Assembly: GCA_052279835.1 (NCBI GenBank)
Contig: CP181291.1
Span: forward strand, 5,536,001 to 5,600,000
DNA from: Microcoleus sp.
GTDB taxonomy: Bacteria; Cyanobacteriota; Cyanobacteriia; Cyanobacteriales; Microcoleaceae
Length of the DNA stretch: 64,000 nucleotides
Reading direction: 5' to 3'
Shown here in pieces: positions 50,852 through 62,238 of the stretch; position 1 is the stretch's first letter; every line of letters begins with the position of its first letter. The notes below the pieces were generated by a model that saw nothing but the letters and a program-made list of their open reading frames with translations, did no database searches and was not told where the DNA came from. Position numbers and translations under genes: made by a program.

Positions 50852-52003
50852 GTGCTGCTATCAAAAGGTTTTGAAGTAGAAATGTATACCGGCACGCCAG
50901 AAGGTGATGTTGTCGGTCTCTCCGATCGCATAGTCGCTGATTTAGAGGGATTTGTACGAGAACCCGATAGTCGCAATGTAGAATACACGACGGCCCCACT
51001 ATGCAGCTACGATCGCCTGCTGTGTGCCCTAGTCAAGCCGCGAGTCCGGCTGCGGCAATATTTAAAACAATTGGGCGACTATACCTTACTGCCGGGAAGT
51101 ACCCTCTCTCTGGGAGGGAGCGATCGATTTTACAGATCGGACCCCAACAACCCCTACCACACCTACATCGAGCAAACCTACGGCACCAAAGTCGTCACCG
51201 CCAGCATTCACATCAACATCGGCATCGCTCAACCAGAAATGCTGATGCGGGCAATTCGCCTCGCCCGCGTGGAAGCACCCCTCTACCTGGCTTTGAGTGC
51301 TTCCTCCCCTTTCCTAGATGGCGAAGTCACCGGCTATCATTCCACCCGCTGGGGTTTGTTTCCCAAAACTCCCGCCATCGTCCCCCTGTTTGAAAGTCAC
51401 AAGCATTACATCCAGTGGACTGAGGAACAGCTACAACTCGGTACCATGCAAAACGTCCGCCACCTGTGGTCTGCCGTGCGCCCCAATGGCGATCGTCGCC
51501 CCTACTGTCTCAACCGCCTAGAACTGAGAATTTGTGACCTTGAAGTCAATCCTCTTGCCCTGTTAGCCATTACAGCCTTGCTAGAAGCTCGGATTGGGCA
51601 GATGATGGAAGACCCCAGCTTAGACCCCTTAGAACTGTCCACCTTCCCCGCGGCTACCCGCAACCAAGACTTAGTTGCTCTCACCGATGCCAACGAAATT
51701 GCTGCATCTCGTCACAGTTTGGATGCGGAACTCCGACACTGGCAAGATGGCAGAACTATTCTGGCACGGGATTGGATAGAGGAAATTTACCAGCAAGTGT
51801 GGCCAATTGCCAAAAAAAGTGGCTTTAGCTGCTTTCTCTCACCGCTCAAAAAGATTCTGCGAGAAGGCAACACCGCCCAGCAGTGGTTAAAACTCCATGA
51901 GAGTGGTTTGGACACCCGCAGTATTATTCGGCAAGGGATTAATGGTATGGTTCAACAGGAATGGGAACTCGAAGATAACTTGTGCGCCCAGTTAGTTGCT
52001 TGA
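50852..52003 (+). CDS. gshA: Glutamate--cysteine ligase
   Basis: KGFEVEMYTG, EPDSRNVEY, ASIHINIG, SASSPF and NRLELRICD. Confidence 0.93.
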   Translation: MLLSKGFEVEMYTGTPEGDVVGLSDRIVADLEGFVREPDSRNVEYTTAPLCSYDRLLCALVKPRVRLRQYLKQLGDYTLLPGSTLSLGGSDRFYRSDPNNPYHTYIEQTYGTKVVTASIHINIGIAQPEMLMRAIRLARVEAPLYLALSASSPFLDGEVTGYHSTRWGLFPKTPAIVPLFESHKHYIQWTEEQLQLGTMQNVRHLWSAVRPNGDRRPYCLNRLELRICDLEVNPLALLAITALLEARIGQMMEDPSLDPLELSTFPAATRNQDLVALTDANEIAASRHSLDAELRHWQDGRTILARDWIEEIYQQVWPIAKKSGFSCFLSPLKKILREGNTAQQWLKLHESGLDTRSIIRQGINGMVQQEWELEDNLCAQLVA

Positions 52004-52250
52004 AAAGACAATTTCCCGACAAATCAGAATATTTAATCAATCGCGTCAGACACAGGTTATAAATAAAAGCTATGGTTGTCTCTACCTTTGGGTAGATTTT
52101 TCTGCAACTACCAAGACGGTTAAGACGCTCTTAATGGCCCAAACCATTAGACATCTCCCTTCTTCCTTTTTCCTGAATTTCCCCCCTGCCACCCAACGGC
52201 GGAGGGGGGGTGACTTCTTCGTTCTTGCTTCTTCCTTCTTCTATAGCTTC

Positions 52251-52712
52251 ATGCCCCAACTTGTCTTGATTCACCCCCAAATCCCCCCCAATACTGGGAA
52301 TATCGCCCGCACTTGCGCAGCCACAGGCACTGAATTGCATTTGGTCGGGCCACTTGGATTTGAAATTACTGATCGCTACCTGAAACGGGCTGGTTTAGAT
52401 TACTGGCCCCATGTCAACCTCCACATTCACGAGAATTTAGAAGCTTTTCTGGCTTGTCAGCAGCAACGGGGAGGACGCTCGATCGGATTCAGCACAGGCG
52501 GGCGATACAGTTACACGCAATTCCAGTTTCTTGCCAGCGACTGGCTGATGTTTGGCTCGGAAACAGTCGGCATTCCTCAATTCGTCTTAGATGCCTGCGA
52601 TGCCACAGTTTTTATTCCCATGAGCCAGCCGGGAGTGCGGAGTTTAAATCTTTCTGTCAGCGCCGCTGTAGGTTTATTTGAGGCAAAGCGACAGTTGGGC
52701 GAACTGGGATAA
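52251..52712 (+). CDS. trmL: tRNA (cytidine/uridine-34 2'-O)-methyltransferase
   Basis: PQIPPNTGNIARTC, KRAGLDYW, FGSET and RSLNLS. Confidence 0.93.
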   Translation: MPQLVLIHPQIPPNTGNIARTCAATGTELHLVGPLGFEITDRYLKRAGLDYWPHVNLHIHENLEAFLACQQQRGGRSIGFSTGGRYSYTQFQFLASDWLMFGSETVGIPQFVLDACDATVFIPMSQPGVRSLNLSVSAAVGLFEAKRQLGELG

Positions 52713-53296
52713 AGAATCATCTATACATACACATATAGATATTTAATAGCTTTATACCTCTAGGAAATCTACATCAAAATATAAGAAATTTGTATCAAAG
52801 CTGTGAGAATCTAAACAGCCAAGATTAATAGATCATATTGAACCAAAAAGAGATTGTTATCATCAATACCAAAATGTTTCAAAGATGATTGAGCAAGCAA
52901 AACAGAGTTTTTGAGCGTTCTAGCGTTCGAGATGGAACTTAGAACCCATAGTGGCGCTACATCTAGTAAATATACGGTTGTAGTTAATTCCGTAGTTAGG
53001 ATAGAGTGCGATCGTTAAAGATTTTACTCCTAGCCCGCAGCGGCGAACAGATATTTTATCTATTTGTTCTAGCTATTGCCGTGTAAGGGTTTTGGGTGCG
53101 ATCGCCGCATAATTTACCAGAAAATTTAATTTTTGTGGCTCTCCGAGCTTGTCTAAATTAAAAAATCAAGGTAATCTTGCCTAAGCATGATAGCTGTCAA
53201 CAATCAAAATATTTTTGTTTGTTGATAAATCAGTCTCATGCAATACCTTGCGTGTTTCCAAGGACAGTTAGCGCTTCTCAGTAGGAGGTCGTTTTT

Positions 53297-55738
53297 TTGA
53301 AACGAATATATCCCCAAAACAATCAGCCTGTTAAGGCTAGTGAAATCGATAGAGACGGTTCTACAGAACAGTCCAAACAGACAACGCTAAGCACTGGCAG
53401 AGTTCGCTCTCTAGCCACGCTAGGACTTGCAATATCGGTAGGTGCTTCCGGCATTTTGCTGCCGAGAACCGGGGACAGCGCTCGCGCGTCCGAACTCGCA
53501 CCGACACCAGAACCAACCGCTGAAGTACAGCCGGCCTCGGCTAACGAACTCCCTACCTCTGTAGGTGATACTTCCCCAGTTGCATCAGCAGCTCAACCTG
53601 ATAAGCAGGTAGCGGTTAAGGTGCAACCAGGACAAACTCTGTGGGAATTATCTCAAGACTATGCAGTTGCTCCAAATGCACTAGCCGCTGCTAACGGCAT
53701 TAAATCGGAAACCTTACTCCAAGTAGGGCAACAGCTCACAATTCCGTCAGCGGATGTCGTCGCACCACAACAGAATTTCGGCAACACCGCAGCCCCAGCG
53801 CCAGATGCACCCTCCCAGGTCAATCCCGAACAAAAGTTAGATTTAACAGGCTCTGAGCCTTCTGCTAGTGGGGTGGTGCAGTCAGGGGAACAATCAACAG
53901 CAACGAGCCCCCTCGTAACTCCCACACCAGAACAAAATTCAAGCGTCCTGCCGAATCCCAACGGGGCGATTGAGAGTTTAAAAAAACAGGAAAACCGGAC
54001 AGCGGCAGTGGGTCAGACCCAGTTAGAGTCTGAGGGAGGAACGAGTTCATCTACATCATCGGCTGTATCCTTGCAGTCGCCTGCACCGACGCAGGCATCT
54101 TCCACCTCTGCAACGCCAACGGGTATCCCGAATAGCGGGTTTGCTCAATCATCATCTATTGAACAATCCCTGGTAACACCCAGTTTACCCTCTGCTGTGG
54201 TAGTTGCCCCAGCAAACACTACATCGGCACCGACGGATGTATTGTACCGTGTCCGTCCGGGAGATACCCTAGACGCGATCGCCTCATCTCAGGGCGTGTC
54301 GGCACAAGACCTGATCGCCGTCAACAAGCTCGGCAACCCCAATTTACTCAATGTCAATCAACGGCTGAAAATTCCGAAAGCTGGGTCAAACAATCCAGCG
54401 GTACAAGCATCCGTTTCTATTCAGGCATCTAACTCTACATCTGTCTTTTCGGCAGCTTCGGTTCCCGCATCTTTGAACCCCAGCTCGTCTACCCCAGAAA
54501 TTCCTGGTGCTGGCGTTACAGTATCTGCGCCCACAGTACCGATGGTCTCTCCCCTGGCGAACTTGGAAGGTCTGAACAATATTTCAGCGCCGATGGTTCC
54601 CCAAATTAACAACATTCCGCTAACTCAAGTTTCTCAAACCATTAGCGACCCTGGGAAGTTGGAGCTTCAAGGCGAACCAAAATTCACCGGTGCTGTTGAT
54701 ACCAGTGCGCTACCAATGCCAGCCACTGCCAGCTCTACCTTGAATGCTGCATCAGCTCAGCCTGCTAACTGGACACCAGTTGTCAGCACCCAGAGTTTAG
54801 CCACCGATGGAGCTAGTGTTCTACCGGATTCCTCAGCAGCGACTACTCCATCGGCAGAGGCTCTGAATCCTTATGCTGAACGCTTAAGGGCGGAAGTCGT
54901 CCGGCTACGAGAGGAATATCGGGCAGAGCGAAATTCGATCGGTCCCAATTCAGTGGCCCTAGCTCCCACGCAAGACCCAGAGGCTCAAGTCCCTGGTGGC
55001 AACTTGTCTGAGGACAGCGAACATCTCAATCCCTATCTCTACACCCCAGAATACGCTGGAACGGTGCAGAATGAAATCAGCCGACCCCCGTCGAGAGGGT
55101 GGAGCCAGGAAGTTCAGAAGCAGCAGCAAGAGCGTTTTGACCCAGCCCGCGCCGCCCAATCGCAACCCATCGACCTGACACCGAACTCTAATTTAGAACG
55201 GCCCGTGGTGGCGACTGCTCCCTTGGGTTCCCAGGGTTACGACCCCCTCAGCAATCCCTCTTTGGGACAGATGGTTTCTCCTGAATTGCCACCCCTTTCT
55301 GGCGCTGATACCTATCTGCCTAACGGTTCAAAACAGTCGGCCAATGGGTTTATTTGGCCTGCTAAAGGTGTTTTCACTTCCGGCTACGGCTGGCGTTGGG
55401 GACGGATGCACAAGGGTATTGACGTTGCAGGACCGATCGGCACACCCATTGTCGCCGCCTCGGACGGGGTCGTAACCTATGCACAATGGAACGACGGTGG
55501 CTACGGCTATCTGGTGGAAATTACCCATCCTGACGGCACTGAGACTGTCTATGCCCACAACAGCCGGATTTTGGTGCAAAAAGGTCAGAAAGTTGCTCAA
55601 GGGGAACAGATTTCCGAAATGGGGAGCACAGGCAATAGTACCGGCCCTCACTTGCACTTTGAAATTCATCCCGCCGGATCGGGAGCTGTCAATCCGATGG
55701 CTTTCCTGCCCAAGGATGATTCCAGCGCTTCTCGCTAA
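53297..55738 (+). CDS. LysM/M23 peptidase-domain protein (NlpD-like)
   Basis: Two LysM motifs (VQPGQTLWELS; VRPGDTLDAIA), HKGID and STGPHLHFE; AGGAGG RBS and TTG start. Confidence 0.92.
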   Translation: MKRIYPQNNQPVKASEIDRDGSTEQSKQTTLSTGRVRSLATLGLAISVGASGILLPRTGDSARASELAPTPEPTAEVQPASANELPTSVGDTSPVASAAQPDKQVAVKVQPGQTLWELSQDYAVAPNALAAANGIKSETLLQVGQQLTIPSADVVAPQQNFGNTAAPAPDAPSQVNPEQKLDLTGSEPSASGVVQSGEQSTATSPLVTPTPEQNSSVLPNPNGAIESLKKQENRTAAVGQTQLESEGGTSSSTSSAVSLQSPAPTQASSTSATPTGIPNSGFAQSSSIEQSLVTPSLPSAVVVAPANTTSAPTDVLYRVRPGDTLDAIASSQGVSAQDLIAVNKLGNPNLLNVNQRLKIPKAGSNNPAVQASVSIQASNSTSVFSAASVPASLNPSSSTPEIPGAGVTVSAPTVPMVSPLANLEGLNNISAPMVPQINNIPLTQVSQTISDPGKLELQGEPKFTGAVDTSALPMPATASSTLNAASAQPANWTPVVSTQSLATDGASVLPDSSAATTPSAEALNPYAERLRAEVVRLREEYRAERNSIGPNSVALAPTQDPEAQVPGGNLSEDSEHLNPYLYTPEYAGTVQNEISRPPSRGWSQEVQKQQQERFDPARAAQSQPIDLTPNSNLERPVVATAPLGSQGYDPLSNPSLGQMVSPELPPLSGADTYLPNGSKQSANGFIWPAKGVFTSGYGWRWGRMHKGIDVAGPIGTPIVAASDGVVTYAQWNDGGYGYLVEITHPDGTETVYAHNSRILVQKGQKVAQGEQISEMGSTGNSTGPHLHFEIHPAGSGAVNPMAFLPKDDSSASR

Positions 55739-55876
55739 GCATTTGTTTCAAGTTATGGGTTTTGATATATCAGCAAAACTCATGACTTTATCCGTTAGTC
55801 ATTACAAATAATGTAGTCAAGCAGCTATCCCTAAAACGCCCTACCGTGCTACGATAGTAAATCGTGAACAGGTTTT

Positions 55877-55949
55877 GGCTCAGTGGCGCAGTGGTTAGCG
55901 CAGGGGACTCATAAGCCCAAGGTCGCAGGTTCAAATCCCGCCTGAGCCA
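55877..55949 (+). tRNA. trnM: tRNA-Met(CAT), elongator type
   Basis: GGCTCAG...CTCATAA...GGTTCAAATCC...CTGAGCCA cloverleaf. Confidence 0.93.
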
Positions 55950-55967
55950 TAATGTGATGACAATCAG

Positions 55968-55998
55968 CACGCTCTCAAAACTGAGAGCGTGTTTTTTA
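55968..55998 (+). terminator. Rho-independent terminator after tRNA-Met
   Basis: CACGCTCTCA-AAAC-TGAGAGCGTG followed by a T run. Confidence 0.85.
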
Positions 55999-56073
55999 TT
56001 TTGATTTAAGGTAACTGTACTCGTTATGACTATGATATATTTGTAACAGTTCGTAAAAAAGGAAACAAAATCT

Positions 56074-56673
56074 ATGACGAGTGAATGCCTCCGGGTTGGT
56101 CAGGCTGCCCCAGACTTCGCAGCAACAGCCGTAGTGGATCAGGAATTCAAGACTGTTAAACTGTCTGACTATAAAGGCAAAAAATATGTAGTCCTGTTCT
56201 TTTACCCCTTGGACTTCACTTTTGTCTGCCCAACAGAGATTACAGCATTTAGCGATCGCTTTGAAGACTTCAATAAACTCGATACCGAAATCCTCGGCGT
56301 ATCCGTTGACAGCGAATTCTCTCACCTAGCTTGGATACAATCAGACCGCAAATCCGGCGGAGTTGGCGACCTCAACTATCCTTTAGTTGCGGATATCAAA
56401 AAAACAATTAGTGCCGCCTACAACGTGCTTGACCCAGAAGCAGGCATTGCCCTCAGAGGTCTGTTTATCATCGATAAAGAAGGCATCATCCAACACTCCA
56501 CTATCAACAACCTTGCCTTCGGTCGCAACGTGGATGAAACTCTCCGCACTCTCCAAGCTATTCAACACGTCCAGTCTCACCCCGATGAAGTTTGTCCCGC
56601 CGGCTGGCAGCCCGGTGACAAGACTATGACTCCCGATCCAGTTAAGTCTAAAGTCTTCTTTGCTGCTGTCTAA
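56074..56673 (+). CDS. 2-Cys peroxiredoxin
   Basis: [13 protein letters not shown] and EVCPAGW. Confidence 0.95.
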   Translation: MTSECLRVGQAAPDFAATAVVDQEFKTVKLSDYKGKKYVVLFFYPLDFTFVCPTEITAFSDRFEDFNKLDTEILGVSVDSEFSHLAWIQSDRKSGGVGDLNYPLVADIKKTISAAYNVLDPEAGIALRGLFIIDKEGIIQHSTINNLAFGRNVDETLRTLQAIQHVQSHPDEVCPAGWQPGDKTMTPDPVKSKVFFAAV

Positions 56674-56782
56674 ATTGATAGTTTTGAGTTTTGAGTTTTG
56701 AGTTAAAGAGTTTTTAATTCAAAACTCGAAACTTTCCCTGCAATTCCCAATTCCCCAATTCCCAATTAACCAATTAGGAAAT

Positions 56783-57322
56783 ATGCTAACTTCTACTGAT
56801 TTTAGCGGCTTGTTAAATCAGCGGTTTTTCCAAAATTTATTGCCTGTCCCTGCTACTAATTCTCTGAAAATGGGACACAGAACCCCTGATTTTGAATTGC
56901 CGGATCTCAATAATGGTAAATTAGTACGGCTATCTAATTATCGTGGCGATAGGCCTGTGGTTCTGGCTTTTACTCGGATTTTTACTGAAAAGCAATATTG
57001 CCCCTTCTGTTTTCCTCATATTAAAGCCTTGAATGAAAACTGGGAAAAATTTGCCGATCGCAATATAGAATTATTGATGGTGACAAGTACCGACGAGCGG
57101 CAAAGTCAGATAGTGGTTAGAGATTTAAGCTTAAAAATGCCACTGTTGAGCGATCCTAGTTGTCAAGTTTTTCGCGCCTATCAAGTCGGTCAAGCTTTAG
57201 GAGCGCCTTTGCCTGCTCAGTTTGTTTTGGATGCAGATGGAAAACTTTTATTTAAACATTTGTTCTCCTTTATCGACCACAATGCTAGTGTGGAAACTTT
57301 GCTAAAATCTATTCCCTCTTGA
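56783..57322 (+). CDS. AhpC/TSA-family peroxiredoxin-like protein
   Basis: PDFELPD, YCPFC and LLSDP. Confidence 0.85.
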   Translation: MLTSTDFSGLLNQRFFQNLLPVPATNSLKMGHRTPDFELPDLNNGKLVRLSNYRGDRPVVLAFTRIFTEKQYCPFCFPHIKALNENWEKFADRNIELLMVTSTDERQSQIVVRDLSLKMPLLSDPSCQVFRAYQVGQALGAPLPAQFVLDADGKLLFKHLFSFIDHNASVETLLKSIPS

Positions 57323-57329
57323 CAATCCA

Positions 57330-57525
57330 CCACCGGGGGCAAACAATCTGGCAATTGCTGTGCCACCCCCGAAGTCTAGGACACCGTTGGCATTGTTGGG
57401 ATACCGCCACATCGATCGCCCAAGTGCCAAGTCATAAGCACCTCGACACTCGTCAACCGCTGATACAGGGCGAATAGTAGTTAAACATTCGTGGCCGTTG
57501 AACGTAAATTCCCTCGTGGTGTTGA
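57330..57525 (-). pseudogene. Possible fragment of a ParM/StbA-like actin ATPase gene
   Basis: VDECRGAY...GVLDFGGGT resembles the actin connect-1 and phosphate-2 motifs. Confidence 0.4.
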
Positions 57526-57572
57526 TGTCTAGCAAATGTCTAGCAAATATCTAGCAAAGGAAACAGGCAACC

Positions 57573-58209
57573 ATGATCCAAACCCAGACCAAGATAGTCA
57601 CATTTGATGAGTTTGTTACCTGGTATCCAGAAAACTCAGTTAATAAATACGAATTACATAACGGAGTTATTGTCGAAATGTCCAAAGGAACTGGCGACCA
57701 TTCGGCTGTAGCCGGGTTTATTTCCGGCGAAGTGTATTTAGAAATTCGGCAGCAACAACTGCCCTACCTAGTGCCGAGAGAGTACACAGTTAAGTCTGTC
57801 AGTGACAAGTCTGGCTATTGCCCAGATGTCATCGTCCTAGATTTACCAGCGCTCGAAAATGAACCCCGTTGGAAAAAAGAATCAATCATCACGATGGGGT
57901 CTTCGGTACGACTGGCTGTAGAGGTCGTCAGCACGAACTGGCGGGACGATTACCATCTCAAATTTGCCGACTACGAAGAAATGGGCATCCCCGAATACTG
58001 GATCGTGGACTACCTCGGTTTAGGCGGCCGCAACTTCATCGGCACTCCCAAACAACCCACACTCACGGGAAAGCCAGTTGGTTGACGGCGAATATCAGGT
58101 CAAACTGTTTAGGGGCGATGACACAGTTGAGTCTGTAGCTTTCCCAGAATTGAGGTTAACAGCCGAACAGATTTTTCGAGCCGGTCTGCCTCCAACCGAG
58201 CCGAGCTAG
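57573..58209 (+). pseudogene. Uma2-family endonuclease with a frameshift near 58066-58073
   Basis: EVVSTNWRDDY and GIPEYWIVD; the C-terminus QLVDGEYQVKLFRG...LTAEQIF continues in another frame to TAG at 58209. Confidence 0.85.
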
Positions 58210-58323
58210 AAGGAATGGGGGCTATTGATGCCACTTGGTCTAAGTTTCGGACAACGCGCTCAAAATACGGCGGGGCACGCCGAAATTAACGCTTGGTGAG
58301 AACCCTTGAACTATTTTAACCTC

Positions 58324-60201
58324 CTATTTCTTACTAGGAGGAATCTTCTCAATACTGATCAGCGCCTCCATCACTGACTCCACAATCGGTGCCGCTACAG
58401 TCCCTCCCGAACCCCCCTTCGGCTCATCAATCACTGCCAAAACCACATACCGAGGAGCCTCCACAGGCATAATTCCCACAAAGCTAGTAATAATCGCCTT
58501 GTTAGAATAACCACCACCACTAGCCTTTTGAGCCGTACCCGTTTTCCCTGCAATCCGATAGCCGGAAATCTGTGCAGCCTTCCCCGTACCGCCATCCACA
58601 ACAGTTTCCATCATCTCTAACACTTGCTTAGTGGTTTTAGGTGAAAAAACCTGCTTCGGTACAGCCCTCGGAAGCTTCCAATAAGCTTGACCTTCGCGAT
58701 CGAAAAGTCCCCGCACTACGTGGGGAGTTACCAACTTCCCACCATTGGCCAAAGCGCCATTAAGCTGCACTAATTGAATCGGAGTAATTGAAAAACCTTG
58801 GCCAAAAGCAGTGGTAGCAACTTCCACCGGAGAATTGATAAATTGCTCTCGATTTTTGAGCTGACTGGTTACTTCAAAAGGCAAATCAGTACCTGCACTT
58901 TGTCCTAGTCCTAGTTTTTCTAAAGCTTGATAGTAAAGAGAAGACTTCATAGTTCTCATAATGTGTACCATCCCCACATTACTAGAATGTTTTAAAATCT
59001 CTGTAACCGTCGAAGGACCCCGCGCCCCTGCTGACTGATAATCGGAATTTTGAATCGGCCAAATACCCATGTAAATTCGACCTTCATCGTTAAACACGCT
59101 GTTAGGTTTGACAGCACCAGCTTCCATGGCGATCGCCACATTAATGGCTTTAAAAGTCGATCCTGGTTCGTAAACATCAGTGACAGCCCAATTTTTATAA
59201 CGTTCCAAACCAAAATTAAAATACTGATTGGGATCGTAGGAAGGTTCGGTCACCATCGATAGCAACTCTCCATTACGGGCATCCATCACAATCACTGTGC
59301 CCCGCTTCGCCCCATGTTTCTCCATTTTTTCCCGTAGAGCAATCCGGGCTACCCGCTGCAAACGGCTGTCAATCGTCAATTGCAATTTCAAGTCATCCAA
59401 CTGGACAAATCCTGCCGTCAGTCGATCGGGAAGCCAATGCCCATCGATCGACTTGCTAAATTGAATTGACGGCATCGATCGTTCCAGCAAATTTTGCTGA
59501 CTGTATTCTACTCCTGCTTGCCCCTTCCGCTCTCCATCGACATAACCCAAGACATCGGCTACCAATTCCTGCTGCGGGTAAAAACGCTGCTGCTGTCGCA
59601 CCAATTCCAACCCATCAACGGGACTATTTTTAATCAGCATCCGCCCCACTCGATCGGCAACTTCTTGAGCCAAGGAATCGGCGATCGTAATACCACTTTC
59701 GGCCAGATTAAACTTTTGCAGCAATTCAGTTTCCGCCGTATTACCCGCGCTAACTTTGATGGGGAGCATGGGAGCCAAGGAGGCTGCGATTTCTGCCTTG
59801 GTGTGCTTGAATAACTTCGGGTGAGCGTAGAGCGTGTACACCTGTCGGTCGATCGCCAACACATTCCCATTGCGGTCAATAATCGGGCGTCTGGGTACAA
59901 AGGGCTTAGTTTTCAAAGTCTGTTGCTGCTGGGCCTGTTTTTGCAGCGCTGGCCCTCGCGTCACCTGCAAATAAAACAAATTCACAGTCAGCCCTAGGCC
60001 TCCTAACATCAACACGGCCCACACCGCCCACAAGCGAAACTTGCTCATTTTTAAGCGATTCATCGGTGGCCGAGGCGGGCTACCAGGCTTGCCAGAAATA
60101 GCACTTTTCGTTGGTTTAGCCCATCGAGTGCGATCGTCCGGCTGTTTTGAACCTTTCGAGTTGGGGGATCTGTAGCGGTCAAAACGAGGATCGTAGCTCA
60201 T
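58324..60201 (-). CDS. ftsI: Class B penicillin-binding protein (FtsI/PBP3-like)
   Basis: RRPIIDRNG, EPGSTFK, SSN and GKTGTAQK. Confidence 0.88.
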   Translation of the reverse strand: MSYDPRFDRYRSPNSKGSKQPDDRTRWAKPTKSAISGKPGSPPRPPMNRLKMSKFRLWAVWAVLMLGGLGLTVNLFYLQVTRGPALQKQAQQQQTLKTKPFVPRRPIIDRNGNVLAIDRQVYTLYAHPKLFKHTKAEIAASLAPMLPIKVSAGNTAETELLQKFNLAESGITIADSLAQEVADRVGRMLIKNSPVDGLELVRQQQRFYPQQELVADVLGYVDGERKGQAGVEYSQQNLLERSMPSIQFSKSIDGHWLPDRLTAGFVQLDDLKLQLTIDSRLQRVARIALREKMEKHGAKRGTVIVMDARNGELLSMVTEPSYDPNQYFNFGLERYKNWAVTDVYEPGSTFKAINVAIAMEAGAVKPNSVFNDEGRIYMGIWPIQNSDYQSAGARGPSTVTEILKHSSNVGMVHIMRTMKSSLYYQALEKLGLGQSAGTDLPFEVTSQLKNREQFINSPVEVATTAFGQGFSITPIQLVQLNGALANGGKLVTPHVVRGLFDREGQAYWKLPRAVPKQVFSPKTTKQVLEMMETVVDGGTGKAAQISGYRIAGKTGTAQKASGGGYSNKAIITSFVGIMPVEAPRYVVLAVIDEPKGGSGGTVAAPIVESVMEALISIEKIPPSKK

Positions 60202-60305
60202 AAACAATAAGTTTTTAGTTAGTGGTTATTGGTTATTTGTTATTTGTTGGTTGTTCGTTCTCATAACTCATAACCAATAACCGATGCCCGATGCCCCATT
60301 CCTGA

Positions 60306-60887
60306 TTAATAACCCAGGGGAGTTTCCAGAGTATCTGAACCCTGGACTCCTGGGGCGGGAGTTGGTGGGGTCGCCGCTTGGGGCGATCGACCAACTGGGG
60401 TTGGCTGCAAGAAAATTGTCTCCCCAGGCTTCTGTGGGGCCAAACCCGTTGCTGGATTTTCCGCGTCTTTAGCCAGTTGGTGTTTCAAGACTTCGCTGGC
60501 GGCACTCAACTGCTGTTCTCGGAGGCGCAGAGTTTCCAGCTTTTGATACTCTTGACTCCAGCGTTGCTGGCCGTAGACAGTCAAGCCGTAGACACTTAAA
60601 GCTCCGCTCAACAGCAGTATAACTGCCACAGAAGAAGCCCGTTGGACCCCCAGGAGCGATTGGAGCCACGCCGGATATACGCGATGATGCGGCAGCACTT
60701 TGAGTACAGATGCTTCCTGCCGAGGCTGTGTTTGAGCGGTTTCTGCTGGGGAGTAGTTGGGTAATACTGGCCCTGTTTTTGCCCGCCTCCGTTGAGCAAT
60801 GGAAGTAACTTTGCTGTTGGCAGACCCAGAGGCGGGTTTGCGAGCCGCTTTGCGGCGAGAATCCGTGGTTCTGATAGCAGCAGTCAT
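60306..60887 (-). CDS. FtsL-like single-TM coiled-coil protein
   Basis: TM helix followed by a coiled coil, immediately upstream of ftsI. Confidence 0.7.
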   Translation of the reverse strand: MTAAIRTTDSRRKAARKPASGSANSKVTSIAQRRRAKTGPVLPNYSPAETAQTQPRQEASVLKVLPHHRVYPAWLQSLLGVQRASSVAVILLLSGALSVYGLTVYGQQRWSQEYQKLETLRLREQQLSAASEVLKHQLAKDAENPATGLAPQKPGETIFLQPTPVGRSPQAATPPTPAPGVQGSDTLETPLGY

Positions 60888-61477
60888 AGAATTCACCAAT
60901 ACTTGACTTAGGTTAGGATGGCTTTTGGAGCGATCGGATATTCAATGGTGGCAATTGGAGCTAGATCGGTTATCCTTGCCAAGGATACCTCACAAACCAA
61001 CTAACCAATCCTATCACTGGTCTATTTTCCTGCTTCTTTTACCGGAAAAAGAAAAACTTTGCCATCTTAGGATACCCGGAAGTAAAACAAATCCTTGAGC
61101 CGATCGGCAGTAAGGCCAGCTATACTTCCTCACTATAAAACCCTGTAGAGGTCAATCATCACGATACCTCGAAGCCAAGTTCAACATATCCTCAATGGGT
61201 CTGTTGTCAGCCCACAAAATAATCTTTGATTTGATGTGGGAATATGTGACTAAATGCAGTATTGTAATCAACGAGCGAATCGTCGCTCGATTCGTGCCAG
61301 CATTGGTTCTCCAGTTAACCACTCCCCTATCTGTAGCTGCTTTACCAGAGTGTTACTGATAGATGCCACGGAATCTCGCCGGGAGCGATGAGATTTCTGA
61401 TTTTACGGTTTTAAAACCGCTCACTCGTTTTCATCCCTGCTCTAAACAGACAGGGTTTCTAACCTAGGAGATTTTTT

Positions 61478-61720
61478 ATGAACAAGGGATTAATTCGTCT
61501 GACTTTGGTACTAGGCTTAGCTGCCACTCTGGGCGCTTGCGCTGGTGAAACTGCCCCTACCACTACTCCTTCCCCTGGTGGCGAAGCCAGTCCTCCTCCT
61601 GCTTCTGCTCCAGCACCAAAGGAATCTCCAAAGACCGCTCCAGGGGCTGAGAAGTCTCCAGGGGCTGAAAAGTCTCCCGCAGCTAAAGAATCGGCTTCTC
61701 CTGCTCCTAAAAAGCCCTAA
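61478..61720 (+). CDS. Small Pro/Ala/Ser-rich lipoprotein
   Basis: AGGAG RBS, lipobox LGAC and EKSP repeats. Confidence 0.8.
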   Translation: MNKGLIRLTLVLGLAATLGACAGETAPTTTPSPGGEASPPPASAPAPKESPKTAPGAEKSPGAEKSPAAKESASPAPKKP

Positions 61721-62238
61721 CCACGGCGATCGCGGAGTACAGCCCCAACGGGCCTAGCCTGCTGCTAAAAAATCGTTCGCTTCTCACATTTTTTTATCAC
61801 ACTGGTCTGGGCCTGATGTTGGGTGTTGGTTTTTGTCCGATCTCGAAGGGACACTGGATGCAGAAACAATTCTGAACAGAGTGCATTGTCAAGTATCCAA
61901 TCAAAAAAATTGTGAAAATAAATAATATTAGCCTGTGGCTATTTTCATGATTGCTTGTACTTAACGCCGATAAGTGGCTGTGTGAACAGGAAAGAATTTA
62001 GACCTAAAGATTGATCTAAAATCGATCTAAAAACTTTAACATAGTAGTTGCCATACCACAAGACAAAGTAAAAGTCAATAGTATTTAGAGAAATATACAA
62101 ATCTTTCAATTTGTTTTAAGATTTTGATAATTAGATATTAGCCCATAGCAAAACCAAGCTCAACGGCAGGTGAAAACACTTGACCGAAAGCCTGGGTCAG
62201 AATGCGATCGGGCAAAATCAGGCTGATTCAGTGGTAGG

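Noticed and set aside
62150..62238. c-di-GMP riboswitch (GGCAAA, GAAA loops)
   Set aside because: The order and pairing of elements do not match the GEMM motif.
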